IMG/VR virus record: IMGVR_UViG_3300032677_000021
From: an uncultured virus (IMG/VR IMGVR_UViG_3300032677_000021)
Lineage: Duplodnaviria; Heunggongvirae; Uroviricota; Caudoviricetes
Reading direction: 5' to 3' (one strand)
Length of the DNA stretch: 64,000 nt
Positions within the stretch are counted from its first letter, which is position 1, and each line of letters opens with the position of its first letter. The notes under the pieces are model-generated. The model saw only the letters and a program-made list of their open reading frames with translations, searched no databases and had not been told where the DNA came from. Position numbers and translations under genes: made by a program. Shown here in pieces: positions 39,519 through 49,041 of the stretch.

Positions 39519-42500
39519 TGGGCATTCTTAATTGGGCAGAAAACCAGCTAACTAATCTTAGCAACTCTGTTGGGTTGTCTAAGGTTGTTCAACAGATTGG
39601 TAGCGTTGGTGCCCAGTTAGACAATACAGTACGTACAGCAATCCCCGGTGGTTGGGCCACTTTGGGCACAGCTGCTTTAGCTATTGCGGCGCCGTACTTG
39701 GCTCCAGAAGTGTTTGCTGCGTCTACCCCAGCAGATTTAGGCGTAACTGAAGGCTCGGCTTTAACCGGAACTGGAAGCGCCTCATTAACGCCAGCGGCAG
39801 ATAGCATTTTAGCTGGCGGTGCTGGTACAACCGCTGGAACAGGAACTGCTACAAGTATTGGTTTAGGTGCTGGAGCGGGTGCTGTAGCTCCTATGACCGG
39901 TGTTGCAGGTTTAGGCGGTGCGTTAGGCACCGGACTAACAGCTGAAGGAGTTGGTGCAAGCGCACTGTCGCCAGCGGTTCAGTCAATGCTAAGCGCTGCA
40001 GGAAGTGGTGCATTGACTGGTGGTGCATTAGGCGGAATTAAAAGTGTTGCGACGGGTAAGGACCCGTTAACCGGCATTTTATCCGGCGCTTTAATGGGTG
40101 GTTTAACTGGCGCCTCAATAGCCGACGTAACAAACCTATTAACAGCAAACGGCGTGACGTCTGCAGTAGCTACTCCAATGGCCTCAGCCTTGGTTGGGGC
40201 TTCAAAGTCAATTGCTGCCGGAGCAGATCCGGTAACAGTACTTGAAAATACAGCAATCAGTAGTGGTTTGGGTCAGCTATCGAGCGCGGCTAAGTCATTA
40301 ATTTCGCCAGACGTTGGTACAACCGCCGCAAATATTGCTAGCAGTGCTGGTACTGGTGCCTTATCTGCCGCAATAAAAGGCGGTAACGCAGAAACCGGAG
40401 CATTGTCTGGCGCAGCAGGCGCTGTAGCAGGAGACATTGGTAACGCCATTAACCCAACAATTCAGGCTGGGTTAAGCAGCTTATCAGCTCCTTTTTCAAA
40501 CATAAACCCCTCGTCTTCGCCAGATGCCACTACGGTTGCGGACACCAATCCTGCAAACTCAGCACAGGCACAAGAGCTGCAACAAGAAGCACAAACAATC
40601 GGCAGTTCAGCTTCTGCTTTAGAGCCAACGATTGCGCAACAAAATGCTGCTTTAGCCGCAGATACTACGTCATTAAACAGTGTATATACACAAGCAAGCG
40701 CAGCACAAGCGGCGCTAAACGACGCAATTACTAACCAGTATACACCGGTTTATAACCAGGCTCAAGCTGATCAAACTGCGTATAACAACTTAGAGTCACA
40801 GTATACGTCTCAGTACAATACCCTTACAAATCAGCAAAATAGCATAAATAGTTTTTATAACCAGATTCAATCTGTGCAGCAGCAGTATCAAACTGCACTC
40901 GCGCAGTACAATAGTGACCCAACTAATCCGGCTTACGCTTCTAGTGTTAATTCTGCTGTAGACACTTTAAACGGAATGATACCGCAGTACAACAGTGAGT
41001 ACTCTGCGTTTACTGCTGCAAGTAGTCAATTGAATGACCTATACAATCAGGTAGCACAGGCTCAGCAAACTGCGCAAGCTAGTACAACTGCGGTAAACGA
41101 TTTATACACAAATACAATTCAGCCGTTACAAACAGCGTATCAAAATAGTAATACAGCGTTGCAGACTCAACTGGGCACGTATACAACAGATCAGACTGCG
41201 CTACAAAATACAGCAAGTCAGTTCAGCACAGACTTAAGCAACTTAAACCAGATTGCTAGTGGTAACTTAGTACCCGATACAACAACGGCGTCAAATGGGC
41301 CGATACAGTCCGCTCCTACTGCAACAATTTCTCCTGATAGCTCAGCGAGTACTGCTGCTTTGCAAGCTCCAATAGCTAATATTACCCCAGCAGACAATGC
41401 TACGCAGCAAGCTCCGTCTTCTAATCCAATTGCGGATGCGGCTAGCGCGGTGCTTAATGCAATTATACCGAGCGCAAATGCTTCAGAATTGCCCGCAAAC
41501 ACACCGGATAGCTCTGTTACTGTAACTGGTACTTCTGAATCAGGAAACGCGCTACCAGCTCCTGTTGACGCGTTTGCAGATTCAAACAGCCCCTCTGGGT
41601 TTAGTAATAACGCAGGCGATCCAGTAAATTCTGACGGCACTCCTTATGTAGCGCCAAGTGATACTGCTCCAGCAGATACTACACCAGTAGTGCCTCCAGC
41701 AGATACTACACCAGTAGTGCCTCCAGCAGATACTACACCAGTAGTGCCTCCAGCAGATACTACACCAGTAGTGCCTCCAGCAGATACTACACCAGTAGTG
41801 CCTCCAGCAGATAACACTCCGGTAGTGCCGCCTGTAGATAACACTCCGGTAGTACCACCTGTAGATAACACTCCGGTAGTACCACCTGCAGATAACACTC
41901 CGGTAGTACCACCTGTAGATAACACTCCGGTAGTACCACCTGTAGATAACACTCCGGTAGTACCACCTGTAGATAACACTCCGGTAGATAATATAGCTGC
42001 GCAAGCGTCGACGAGCATTATCGCGGACTCAAAAAGTCCAACTGGATTTAGTAACGCATACGGCGATCCAGTAAATCAGGATGGAAGTCCGTACACAGCG
42101 CCAGCACCAGCGTCGTCAGATAGTAGTTCTAATCCAACAGATCAGTCAAGCGCATTAGGCAGCGCTCTTGCTGCTTTGGCGTCTGGCGCTGTTACAACAG
42201 CTACAAGCAGCACACCAACTACAACTACAAGCAGCACACCGGCTAAAACTACAACTACAAGCAGCACACCGGCTAAAACTACAAGCAACACACCAACCAC
42301 AACATCGGGATTAGGCAGTTTAAGCAGTGGAACAGCAGCAGCAAATACTTTAGGAGGCATCACATTACCCGTGGCTACAACAGTTAAAGGCACTCAGATT
42401 GCCGATCCGTTATCATCTACATACACTGCGCCTGTTTATACATACCAGCAGCCTTCGTATAATCCACAACAGCTAACTGAAATTCAGCAAGCTAAAGGCG

Positions 42501-42985
42501 GTGGTATTATGCATAAGGCCATGGGCGGCTCAGCTGACTTTCCAGCGGTTCCTGGACTATCGCATGGCTCACCAGTTCAACACGCCAGTTTGTTTGGTAT
42601 GCACGGCGCTCCTTTAACTGCTATGCCGCACATGCAAGACGGCGGTCCTACTTCTTACGAAGACAGAGTTCTTCCAGAAACCCATAACCCTCAGTTCTTT
42701 AGCGAAGGTGGTTTGAACTCAATACACCACCGCTATGTAACTGGTCAAGGCGACGGTACCAGCGATTCTATTCCGGCGATGCTAGCAAACGGTGAGTTTG
42801 TTATTCCCGCGGATGTGGTGTCGTCTTTAGGTAATGGCAGTAACGATAGCGGTGCTAAAGTACTAGACGAGTTTTTAAAGACAATTAGAGAGCACAAGCG
42901 TAAAGCAGACGCTAAACACTTACCACCTGACAGCAAGGGCGCATTAGGTTATCTATTAGAAGCAAAACACAAGGCGAAAGTATAA
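39518..42985 (+). CDS. large ejection/internal virion protein
   Basis: Gly/Ala amphipathic N-terminus, coiled coil, Pro/Thr repeat, GDGTSDSIPAMLANGEFVIPADVV. Confidence 0.7.
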   Translation: MGILNWAENQLTNLSNSVGLSKVVQQIGSVGAQLDNTVRTAIPGGWATLGTAALAIAAPYLAPEVFAASTPADLGVTEGSALTGTGSASLTPAADSILAGGAGTTAGTGTATSIGLGAGAGAVAPMTGVAGLGGALGTGLTAEGVGASALSPAVQSMLSAAGSGALTGGALGGIKSVATGKDPLTGILSGALMGGLTGASIADVTNLLTANGVTSAVATPMASALVGASKSIAAGADPVTVLENTAISSGLGQLSSAAKSLISPDVGTTAANIASSAGTGALSAAIKGGNAETGALSGAAGAVAGDIGNAINPTIQAGLSSLSAPFSNINPSSSPDATTVADTNPANSAQAQELQQEAQTIGSSASALEPTIAQQNAALAADTTSLNSVYTQASAAQAALNDAITNQYTPVYNQAQADQTAYNNLESQYTSQYNTLTNQQNSINSFYNQIQSVQQQYQTALAQYNSDPTNPAYASSVNSAVDTLNGMIPQYNSEYSAFTAASSQLNDLYNQVAQAQQTAQASTTAVNDLYTNTIQPLQTAYQNSNTALQTQLGTYTTDQTALQNTASQFSTDLSNLNQIASGNLVPDTTTASNGPIQSAPTATISPDSSASTAALQAPIANITPADNATQQAPSSNPIADAASAVLNAIIPSANASELPANTPDSSVTVTGTSESGNALPAPVDAFADSNSPSGFSNNAGDPVNSDGTPYVAPSDTAPADTTPVVPPADTTPVVPPADTTPVVPPADTTPVVPPADTTPVVPPADNTPVVPPVDNTPVVPPVDNTPVVPPADNTPVVPPVDNTPVVPPVDNTPVVPPVDNTPVDNIAAQASTSIIADSKSPTGFSNAYGDPVNQDGSPYTAPAPASSDSSSNPTDQSSALGSALAALASGAVTTATSSTPTTTTSSTPAKTTTTSSTPAKTTSNTPTTTSGLGSLSSGTAAANTLGGITLPVATTVKGTQIADPLSSTYTAPVYTYQQPSYNPQQLTEIQQAKGGGIMHKAMGGSADFPAVPGLSHGSPVQHASLFGMHGAPLTAMPHMQDGGPTSYEDRVLPETHNPQFFSEGGLNSIHHRYVTGQGDGTSDSIPAMLANGEFVIPADVVSSLGNGSNDSGAKVLDEFLKTIREHKRKADAKHLPPDSKGALGYLLEAKHKAKV
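41668..41991 (+). repeat. 27-bp coding tandem repeat (P[A/V]D[T/N]TPVVP), about 12 copies
   Basis: direct reading. Confidence 0.85.
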
Positions 42986-44004
42986 TGGCAACAACAGGCT
43001 CAACCGGACTAAATAACGCGCTGCAAAGTACTGCAGTAACGCAGACCACAATGCCGAGCTGGTATGATACAGCTCAGCAAAATATTATCAACCAGGCCGG
43101 TACGGCGCAGCAAGCGGCCCCGCAGTTTCAAAATACTGCAGCTCAGGGCGCGGTCAATACGCTGCAAGGGGCAAACAACCCGTTTACCCAAGCTCAGGGT
43201 ACGCTAAATACAATCGCTCAAGGTGCTGCTAATCCTTGGATTGTTGACCCCAATACTGGTGCAGTTACTCCAAACACGAGTACTGCTATGGGTGGCCTGT
43301 TCCAAGCGCAAGATCAACAGCTAAACCAATTATTACCCACAATGACAGCTGGTACAGAAGCTGGCGCAATTGGGTCTGGTAACTTTGGTAGCTTACGTGG
43401 GCAAACAGCTGTAGATACTTCTAAAGCAAACGCGCTGGCCAACTTACAGGCACAACAGATGACTTCAGCGATACAAAACCAACAGCAGGGTGTATCTGCT
43501 GCTACTGGTTTAGGCAACGTAGGCGCACAGGGCATTACAGAAGGCTTGACTACTGGTGCTGCTCAAATGAACGCGCCGTTCCAAACCACCACAAACTACG
43601 CCAACTTGGTAAACTCAGTAAACGCACCACAAACCGCGTCACAACAAACTCAAGACTCTGCATTACAGGCTGCGACTCAGATTGGTTCTGCATTAAGTGG
43701 TGGATTAGGTGGACTATCATCACTATACGGAACTGCTGCTGGAAAAAATATTCTTAATAGTTTGGGGTTGGGTGGCCTATTTAGCAGCTCTTCCGGCAGT
43801 ACTTCTGCAACCCCAATTGATACGTCTGGCGGGATTACTGGATCAAACGGATCTACATTAAGTTATGGGTCACCAGTAACCGGAACTGGCGCGAATGGTG
43901 GCGCAGGTGCTGGTCAAGTTTTAGGAACCGACGGGAATGTTTATAATGATCCAACTTACGGAACTGGTGCGTTAAATCCTGTTGACCCTAACAACATAAC
44001 TTAA
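42985..44004 (+). CDS. ejection/pilot protein
   Basis: Gln/Ala/Gly-rich, AIGSGNFGSLRG. Confidence 0.65.
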   Translation: MATTGSTGLNNALQSTAVTQTTMPSWYDTAQQNIINQAGTAQQAAPQFQNTAAQGAVNTLQGANNPFTQAQGTLNTIAQGAANPWIVDPNTGAVTPNTSTAMGGLFQAQDQQLNQLLPTMTAGTEAGAIGSGNFGSLRGQTAVDTSKANALANLQAQQMTSAIQNQQQGVSAATGLGNVGAQGITEGLTTGAAQMNAPFQTTTNYANLVNSVNAPQTASQQTQDSALQAATQIGSALSGGLGGLSSLYGTAAGKNILNSLGLGGLFSSSSGSTSATPIDTSGGITGSNGSTLSYGSPVTGTGANGGAGAGQVLGTDGNVYNDPTYGTGALNPVDPNNIT

Positions 44005-44013
44005 GGATAAATC

Positions 44014-46296
44014 ATGGGATTAGAAGCACTAAACACAGATAGCGACGGAACAGTTGCCGTAACGCCAGGTAAAATAGCTGGCCAACCAACTATTTCAGGT
44101 AAGGTTCCATTAGACCCAACTCAAACTACAGAGCTGCTTAAGAATATGCAGCAGCAAATTGACCAGCGTACCGGGTTTTTGCCAACCGTTTTAGGTGGCC
44201 TTAAAGACGCTTTGGCTGTTGGCCAAGGTGCTGGCGCAACTGCAGAGCGTGATCGTGTTAAGAATGCTGAAGAGCAGCAAATAGATGCTATGCGAGCTCA
44301 AATGGCTTCTTACCGCAGCGCTCAAGCAGCAAACGAAAATGCTAAAGCTCAATTGGCTGCACTGGCTGGTGGTAACAGCCTTATTCCAGGTGCTGCTGGA
44401 ACAGCGTCTCAACATTCTGCTCTACTCAATGATCCTAATGTACAAATACGTATGGCCGCATTGCCCGCTTGGGATGCACAAGGACGTTTGGATATTCTTG
44501 GAGATGCTGCAAAAACTCAATTTGGCGCAACTGCAACAGGACGAGCTTCTGCGGCTTCAAGTACTCCTGTAGATTACATGATCCCTGGTGTTGGTCCAGT
44601 AAGAATGACACCAAATCAATTTAATGACCTTCCTGAAGATGTAAAGCAAAGAATTAATGTAGCAACATTAAAACAATTTGGATCTTTACCCGGTGCTACT
44701 ACAACAGCACCAAGCACAACAGCACCAAGCACAACAGCACCAAGCACAACAGCACCAAGCACAGCTGCAGCTCCTGCTACTGGTGATGCTTCTCGTATTG
44801 CTACAAATGAATCTGGAGCCAACCCAAATGTCGGCTATCACGATTTATCAAAGAGTTCAGCTTATGGCACTTATGGAATTACAAAAGCAGCTTATCAAGA
44901 CATTCAAGCTGCTAATCCTAAATTCAAAGACCGCCCAATTACTTCGCTTACTCCAGCTGAGCAAACTGAAGCGTTTAATACATACCGTCAGTTATCTGGA
45001 AATCGTTTATCCCAATTAGGAATTGATACCACAGCACCAAATTTAGATTTAGCACATTTCTTAGGTGCCGATGGTGCAGCTAGATTCCTTAAAACCGGAC
45101 AAGTTAGTGATGCGGCTGCAAATGCAAACGGCGGCAGAGAAAAAACAATTGCAATCGCTCAAAAACTTTTAGGTGGCCAGCCAGTTACTACATCCCCTGC
45201 CGCAGCAAACCAAACGGCTCCGTTGCCCCCACACCCATCTACAATTGCACCTGTTAAGCCTTTGAGTGAGTGGGATGACAATACTAAGCCATTGCCGGTT
45301 AATGAGTGGGATGACAACACTAAAATGTTACCAGGCCAAGCTGCTCCTGCCGCTGCTGCTCCTGCCGCTGCTGCTCCTGCCGCTGCTGCTCCTGCCGTTG
45401 CTGCTCCTGCCGCTGCTGCTCCTGCCGCTGCTGCTCCTGCCGCTGCTGCTCCTGCCGCTCCAACAGGCCCTTCAGCAGCTTCTCTTAGAGCCACTACCGG
45501 AGAGCAAAAGCCAAATGCTGCAAACTATGGTAGCAACTATGAAGCCTATAAAGCTGATTTAGCTGCGTATGAAGACCGTATGAAGCGTGCTGCAGAGGGC
45601 ATTGGTACTGAGTCTGTTGAGACGGCTAAACAAGATACAGAAAAGAAAAATGAATATCGTAATAGTGTTGGTACGGCCCAGCAAACTTATGATGATTATG
45701 ATCGCTTGTTTAACTCAGCTAAAGGTCATGCTAACGTATTTAACTTAGCTGGTAGCCATTGGTATGGTCCAATTCAAGCAAAAATAACCCCTAAATTAGC
45801 GCAAGATCCTTCAGAAAATCATGCTATTGCTAGAAGTTGGTTGGGTAATGAGGACCAAACACATTTCCACAACGTGGACCAAGGCGCCGCTGTTGCGCAA
45901 GCATCATGGGCTAAAAATTTAGTACAGGGTGCTGGTGGTCGTTTAACTAACGCAGATTTACAATTGGGTAAACCTGCCAAAGGTGTGAGTGTAGATTCAA
46001 CTTACGAATCCAGTATGAAAAACTTGGCTCAGAATATGCAAGACATTCGTACTGCGTATTATCGAGGAGTTGAATTTACTAAATGGGAAAAAGAACATCC
46101 GGGTGGTACTGCCGCTCAATTTGAGCAAACTCCGTACTATCAAGTTTATTCTAAAGTAGATGCGGCTAGAGATGTAGCCAAGAAATTTGCTGATGTACCT
46201 GAAGTTATTGGTAAAGAGCAGGATAAATACATTCACGTTGACCCGAAAGGGAACCATTATATTGTTGTTAACGGACAGGCGTACCCAGTAAAATGA
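44014..46296 (+). CDS. ejection protein with lysozyme-like/transglycosylase domain
   Basis: IATNESG...SSAYGTYGI...LAHFLGADGA; 15-bp TTAPS and AAPAA linker repeats. Confidence 0.7.
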   Translation: MGLEALNTDSDGTVAVTPGKIAGQPTISGKVPLDPTQTTELLKNMQQQIDQRTGFLPTVLGGLKDALAVGQGAGATAERDRVKNAEEQQIDAMRAQMASYRSAQAANENAKAQLAALAGGNSLIPGAAGTASQHSALLNDPNVQIRMAALPAWDAQGRLDILGDAAKTQFGATATGRASAASSTPVDYMIPGVGPVRMTPNQFNDLPEDVKQRINVATLKQFGSLPGATTTAPSTTAPSTTAPSTTAPSTAAAPATGDASRIATNESGANPNVGYHDLSKSSAYGTYGITKAAYQDIQAANPKFKDRPITSLTPAEQTEAFNTYRQLSGNRLSQLGIDTTAPNLDLAHFLGADGAARFLKTGQVSDAAANANGGREKTIAIAQKLLGGQPVTTSPAAANQTAPLPPHPSTIAPVKPLSEWDDNTKPLPVNEWDDNTKMLPGQAAPAAAAPAAAAPAAAAPAVAAPAAAAPAAAAPAAAAPAAPTGPSAASLRATTGEQKPNAANYGSNYEAYKADLAAYEDRMKRAAEGIGTESVETAKQDTEKKNEYRNSVGTAQQTYDDYDRLFNSAKGHANVFNLAGSHWYGPIQAKITPKLAQDPSENHAIARSWLGNEDQTHFHNVDQGAAVAQASWAKNLVQGAGGRLTNADLQLGKPAKGVSVDSTYESSMKNLAQNMQDIRTAYYRGVEFTKWEKEHPGGTAAQFEQTPYYQVYSKVDAARDVAKKFADVPEVIGKEQDKYIHVDPKGNHYIVVNGQAYPVK

Positions 46297-48551
46297 CCGA
46301 ACCAGTTAAAGATTATACCCCGCTATCAATAGACCAGCAAACCCATGATGGCGCTGGTCAAAGCTATACGCCGCCAAGTATTGTTGTGGCTACACCATCT
46401 GCTAACCCAAATTACAATGGCACGCCATATAATCCGCAGGATTTTTCTCCTAGCCCCCCACCAACACGGGTCGATACAATGACACCGAATCAGCAGGGTT
46501 TAGTTGGTGCTGGTACAGGAATAGCAGCTAACAAGGCGCTAACAACCGGAAACATGGGCTATAAAATATTAAATAATTTAGCAGGTGGGGTAAAGCCAGC
46601 AGGGCCCGGTGCGGTTCAAAATTATGCAGATACCGTCCTTGCCGAATTGTCTGGAAGAAATTTACACATTCCGTTGGAAGACATGGCTAAGCTATCAGGT
46701 TTTCCTGAAATTAGGAACTATGAACAGGCAGCACAAGCTGGTAGAAAAATTGTTGGTGCTCCAGCACAGCCTGATACTGTTCAACATGTGTACGCAAGAG
46801 ATCCACAAACCGGGCAGACGTATCACTCACACTCAACAGTAACGCCCGGCACACCGGAAATACAAGGTATAGATCCTGCTAAATTAACACCTTACGAAAA
46901 AAATCTGGCGTTCCACGTTAAAAAAATAGGAGCACCTTTAGCAAGAAGCGCCATAGCTGGTTACGATATTGGTAGAGGGCTAAGTGATCCTGCTTCCGTT
47001 GGTGGTATTGCTGATATTGGTGCGGGTATTTCTGCAGCTGCAGCCCCACTAATTAAAAATAAATGGGCGAAAGTTGGTGCTAATATTGTTGGTGGGTTGC
47101 CTGTTGTTGGCGCGATGATTCCAGGGGCTAGTGCAGCGCCGTTAAAGCCGCACGAAGTTGCTGGTACTGCTGTTGACTTAGCTACTGGTTGGATGTCACC
47201 TACTGAACTGGGTAAGGCAACTACTCAGCCTAAAAATGAGATGTACTATCCAGGTATGCATGTACTGCAAGGATCCACACTTCCACCCGGCCATGCCGAA
47301 GGGGGTGACATAAAAAAGTCTCCGGCCAGTATAGCTGGCACCCTACAAGAGGTTGGTACCGTACAGGGACCTAGCCTGGCATCAAAGTGGTCTGAGCATT
47401 TAGCCTCCTTGCCACAAACTACAGCACAAAATATGGCCCGCCAAACCGGCGCGCTCTCTTTAGGTAAAAACGGGATTGAGGTAAGCGATCCAGCTGCTTG
47501 GAACGAGTTTATGAATCAGATGCCCAACATGATGGGCTCTGTTTCTAAATCGCCGGTCGAGCACGCTATGGCTGAGCTATTTGATCCGATTAAGAAGTCT
47601 GGCGCGCAGTTAGCACGCGAAGCTGAATACGTTCATAATGTAGTGCCGACGCATAATTTTTCAGAACCAAATAAGATTAGTATTCAAGATTTGCAAGGTG
47701 GTGTTTTAGTTGGCGTGCCTGGAGATCGTTCACTAGCGGGGCACTCTTTATTATCAGTTAACGGTGTGCCGCTCAGCCGCGCAGCAGAGTTGCATGGTGG
47801 CCCACGCTACGGCCAACGTAAAGCTGATCTTGGTAAAGACGCATTTTGGGCATCACAAAAGGGCGCAGCTTCTGCTTTACAAAATAAAGCTGCAAATGCT
47901 GCTGAGACTGCCAAAGGTAATCCGGTATTTGGTATGTATACCGCCATGGCTCCAGATGCTTCCAATTATGCGCTACACCACACTGAAGCATTAGTAAACC
48001 AATTGGATGCACTCAACCCAAATAAAGCTAAGTTGCGTGCGTTTGATAATATGATTCGCGATACTTATCCAGACTTTTTGGGTATGAACCATCCTGAAGT
48101 AATCAATCAGTTTGCTGCTAACTCTGATTTAAGAAAACACGTAGCTGACCGATTAAACAAAACTAAAATTGCAGCTCAGTACGATATGCCAAGTGGTGAA
48201 GCAACCATACACGCTATCACCGATCCAAACTTAAGAAATGTTAAGACCGGTACAACCGGCTATTCTGTTGGTGAGTTAAATCCTTTTAAAGAGCTAACCC
48301 CTGAAACAGAACACCCAACTTATGACACCCAAATTCCAGGGTCATTCAAAGGTCAGATGATAGCCCAATTGCCTTGGGAACATTACTTCCCAGATGCAGC
48401 TAAGCAAATTGCTGCCAACCCTAGTCAGGCACCGTACGCTTGGGGCACATTTAAGATGGGTGACTTCCACCAACCCGTAACACAAGAGTTGGTGGACAAG
48501 ATTGCCCCAATTGAAGAGATGGTTAAGTCTGCTACTAAAGACTTTCAGTAA
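46293..48551 (+). CDS. large internal virion protein, unknown function
   Basis: last gene of the structural arm. Confidence 0.6.
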   Translation: MTEPVKDYTPLSIDQQTHDGAGQSYTPPSIVVATPSANPNYNGTPYNPQDFSPSPPPTRVDTMTPNQQGLVGAGTGIAANKALTTGNMGYKILNNLAGGVKPAGPGAVQNYADTVLAELSGRNLHIPLEDMAKLSGFPEIRNYEQAAQAGRKIVGAPAQPDTVQHVYARDPQTGQTYHSHSTVTPGTPEIQGIDPAKLTPYEKNLAFHVKKIGAPLARSAIAGYDIGRGLSDPASVGGIADIGAGISAAAAPLIKNKWAKVGANIVGGLPVVGAMIPGASAAPLKPHEVAGTAVDLATGWMSPTELGKATTQPKNEMYYPGMHVLQGSTLPPGHAEGGDIKKSPASIAGTLQEVGTVQGPSLASKWSEHLASLPQTTAQNMARQTGALSLGKNGIEVSDPAAWNEFMNQMPNMMGSVSKSPVEHAMAELFDPIKKSGAQLAREAEYVHNVVPTHNFSEPNKISIQDLQGGVLVGVPGDRSLAGHSLLSVNGVPLSRAAELHGGPRYGQRKADLGKDAFWASQKGAASALQNKAANAAETAKGNPVFGMYTAMAPDASNYALHHTEALVNQLDALNPNKAKLRAFDNMIRDTYPDFLGMNHPEVINQFAANSDLRKHVADRLNKTKIAAQYDMPSGEATIHAITDPNLRNVKTGTTGYSVGELNPFKELTPETEHPTYDTQIPGSFKGQMIAQLPWEHYFPDAAKQIAANPSQAPYAWGTFKMGDFHQPVTQELVDKIAPIEEMVKSATKDFQ

Positions 48552-48918
48552 TCCAATTAGCAAACTGTTTCAATTGTTCTTTTGTAGCTTTGTTTTTCAT
48601 AGCGTTTGCTAAATTAGAAAGCCACTGAACATTGCCCATTACATAACCTTTATTTGGGTCAATTCGGTCTAAAGAAGGGCTGGTTGGTAATATCTTTCCG
48701 GTTTGGTGCCCCCAAGATAACTCGGTTTTAAATACTGGACATTTATCTGGAAAAATAGATAGTAAATCCTCTAGTGTTAAATCAAATTTTAAGTTTAACT
48801 TTTTGGCTCGATATTTAGTTTCAAATAATCTTCGCTTTATACAACCCTCTTTGGTTGACATTAATTTATCTTGATGCTTTTTTGAACGTATTTTTTGCTT
48901 TTCTTTTTGAGATAGCAT
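48535..48918 (-). CDS. HNH-type endonuclease
   Basis: CPVF...PSLDRIDPNKGYVMGNVQWLS..AN..K. Confidence 0.85.
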   Translation of the reverse strand: MLSQKEKQKIRSKKHQDKLMSTKEGCIKRRLFETKYRAKKLNLKFDLTLEDLLSIFPDKCPVFKTELSWGHQTGKILPTSPSLDRIDPNKGYVMGNVQWLSNLANAMKNKATKEQLKQFANWITESL

Positions 48919-49011
48919 TTTGATACCCCTGAATAGTAGTTTGAAAGCGATAGGTGAGTCTTAGATTCAGGCTAAGACAACGTTGTCGACACGCTGTCCC
49001 TATCTACTTTT

Positions 49012-49041
49012 ACTAATACGCGTATTTGAAACTAAATGCCC
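49012..49041 (-). promoter_or_regulatory. phage late-class promoter GGGC-N16-GCGTATTAGT (HNH gene)
   Basis: exact bipartite motif. Confidence 0.8.

Noticed and set aside
41668..41991. CRISPR-like array
   Set aside because: Units are contiguous with no unique spacers and are in frame inside a CDS; the same holds for the 18-bp and 15-bp repeats.
46054..46061. Additional promoter-core copy (GCGTATTA)
   Set aside because: Only 8 of 10 bases match and it lies inside a CDS.
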